Shown here: piece after piece, positions 36,791 to 38,783 of the stretch
How the letters are laid out: each line of letters opens with the position of its first letter
Numbering within the stretch: position 1 is the first letter of the stretch
From: Octopus bimaculoides
Taxonomy: Eukaryota
Direction: 5' to 3'
NCBI RefSeq assembly: GCF_001194135.2
Contig: NC_068982.1
Location: 170,838,828-170,877,610 of the forward strand
Length of the DNA: 38,783 bases
Made by a program: the position numbers and the translations under genes
Notes under the pieces: model-generated
Database searches by the model: none
The model's input: the letters and a program-made list of their open reading frames with translations, nothing else
What the model was told of the DNA's origin: nothing

Positions 36791-37114
36791 TACGCACATT
36801 TGTACACCGCCATGATTATAGCAGAGATACATGTCGTCAAAGGTTTGGTCGTTCATGATTCACAACTGGTGGAATATGTTATTTTTATTGTACCAACACT
36901 CTTTGTGTATAATTTCTAGCTTGATATGCCTGCTCACATGTTTGACAATTAATACCAACACATGTAATTAAAAAGCATCCAGAAGTATAACTGCAAGATT
37001 TAATAATGATACGATAAACGCAGTATGCAAGTTTACAGGCCAAAAATTTTTTCTTCAATTACATAAATGTGCACACAACAAGAAATTGATTTCTAACAGA
37101 GAAACCATGCCTCG

Positions 37115-37185
37115 TAATTTGGAGAAGGCGAATGTTGAGTAATTCTACACCGATATTTTCCTGGTACTTTATTTTGTCGACAATG
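37115..37185 (-). mobile_element. Possible very diverged SINE family 1 fragment
   Basis: tttggagaagg...ctggtactttattttgtcgac resembles the reverse-strand family 1 body. Confidence 0.35.
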
Positions 37186-37614
37186 CAACTATATACTGTG
37201 ATATATTTTCAAAGACGTTCAACTATAAATAAATATTATGTGCAGTTTTCTCTCCTTTAACACGGTATATTTGTATAGTCACAGATGTCTACAGATGTAT
37301 ACACACAAACACAAATTAACACAATCAAGAACACACGCATATACACATATAAATACATACAAAATATACAAGATCATATGTGTACAGATAGATAAATATA
37401 TCGAAACATGAACGAATTCGTAGATAAATAGGCAAACTGATCAGTGTCAGATATATATATATATATATANNNNNNNNNNNNNNNNNNNNNNNNNNNNNNN
37501 NNNNNNNNNNNNNNNNNNNNNNNNNNNNNNNNNNNNNNNNNNNNNNNNNNNNNNNNNNNNNNNNNNNNNNNNNNNNNNNNNNNNNNNNNNNNNNNNNNNN
37601 NNNNNNNNNNNNNN

Positions 37615-37649
<35 letters not shown>

Positions 37650-37751
37650 TGTAGGTAGGTAGGTAGGTAGGTAGGTAGGTAGGTAGGTAGGCAGGTAGGT
37701 AGGTAGGGAGATAGGGAGGTAGGGAGGTAGGTAGACAGGCAGATAGTTAGT

Positions 37752-37794
<43 letters not shown>

Positions 37795-37795
37795 G
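37615..37795. repeat. (GATA)n/(GGTA)n tetranucleotide array
   Basis: Direct inspection. Confidence 0.95.
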
Positions 37796-38435
37796 CAGAG
37801 AAAGAAACAGTATGAGCGGGTGGAGGAGAGAGACATTCGTGTAAAGGTATTGCACATAGCTTAAGATAAATTATCTTTGATATAACCTTAAAATCCTCGA
37901 GTAATGACGAATTTAATTACACAACATACATACATACATACATACATACACACACATATATACATGTATATGTATACACATAGACACACACATATATATA
38001 TGCATATCATTAAAATATACGTATTGAGTGCGTGTGTGTGTATACCTTATTTTTAATATTGATTTCCCTCTCTCTCTATCCTGTCTCTTTTTGTCTTTCT
38101 GTACCTTTATCGATTTATATACACTTCTATCAGCAGAAAATTGCGTTGAGAATTTTTTTTATCAATTAATATAAACAGCAATAATTTGACATTTAAAAAC
38201 GTAAACGTAAACGATTTCTAAATTATATACCATTTAGCATCTAATGCTAATTTGTGATTTCAGTTGCTGGAGTGATTCCAGTTTCGTAAGAATCACTACA
38301 TGATCGCTCTCACGAAGATAAGTATATAGTTATCTTTAAAGATTAGGAGACCGTAAGATCGGATATACAGACAGCAGTACTGTGGAAATATTAAAAATTA
38401 AAATCAACACCGACGTTCATACATTTGACAAGTTA

Positions 38436-38474
38436 AATAATAATAATAATGATAATAATAATAATAATAATAAT
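38436..38474. repeat. (AAT)n run at the LINE 5' junction
   Basis: Direct inspection. Confidence 0.95.
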
Positions 38475-38783
38475 ACCAAGGAAATAGAAATGAAATTCGG
38501 ATTAGAAAAATGTGCCAAAGCAACCCTGAAAAGAGGAAAATTAGTTAAAAGTAGCAATATAACACTAGATAAAGCCAATGAAATAAGAGAACTAGACGAA
38601 AGCCAACCATATAAGTATTTAGGAGTCAATGAACTAGATAGGATACAACATACACAAATGAAAGAAAAAATAAAGAAAGAGTACTATAGACGAGTTAGAT
38701 CAATACTAAAAACAGAGCTCAATGCTAAAAACAAGATAATGGGTATCAACACTTTAGCTGTCCCAGTTATAAGCTACAGCTAC
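38475..38783 (+). mobile_element. 5'-truncated R4/Dong-type LINE, stop-free RT C-terminal fragment continuing past the window edge
   Basis: Open frame TKEIEMKFGLEKCAKATLKRGKLVKSSNITLDKANEIRELDESQPYKYLGVNELDRIQHTQMKEKIKKEYYRRVRSILKTELNAKNKIMGINTLAVPVISYSY. It has the late RT motifs FGLEKC and YKYLG. The ORF track misses it, probably because the frame runs off the window edge without a stop. Confidence 0.93.

Overview
AT-rich, microsatellite-dense eukaryotic DNA with ten N gaps, most of them next to (TA)n or (TATG)n runs. The SINE families and repeat landscape look like an Octopus/coleoid cephalopod genome; this is recalled pattern recognition, not a database search. I found no recognisable host protein-coding gene. 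Most ORF-track entries are translated microsatellites or gaps. The window is a stack of decayed transposons. There are at least seven pieces of restriction-like-endonuclease (RLE) non-LTR retrotransposons of the R4/Dong type, including one near full-length copy (about 500-3917) and one stop-free RT fragment running off the right edge. There is also an RTE-like RT relic, a Tx1/L1 APE-endonuclease relic, a large Penelope-like element (minus strand, about 29146-32790), a DD41D-type Tc1/mariner pseudogene, a mariner 3' relic, a mariner-derived MITE and about ten tRNA-derived SINE copies. The most interesting signals are three. First, R4/Dong copies are 5'-truncated exactly at (AAT)n runs, one stacked on the tail of another LINE. 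Second, a decayed type I hammerhead-ribozyme fold sits in the Penelope terminal repeat, with two orphan hammerhead-like folds at 15.4-15.9 kb. Third, four small plus-strand exon candidates may belong to an unrecognised host gene. I cannot support a claim of a wholly new biological system.
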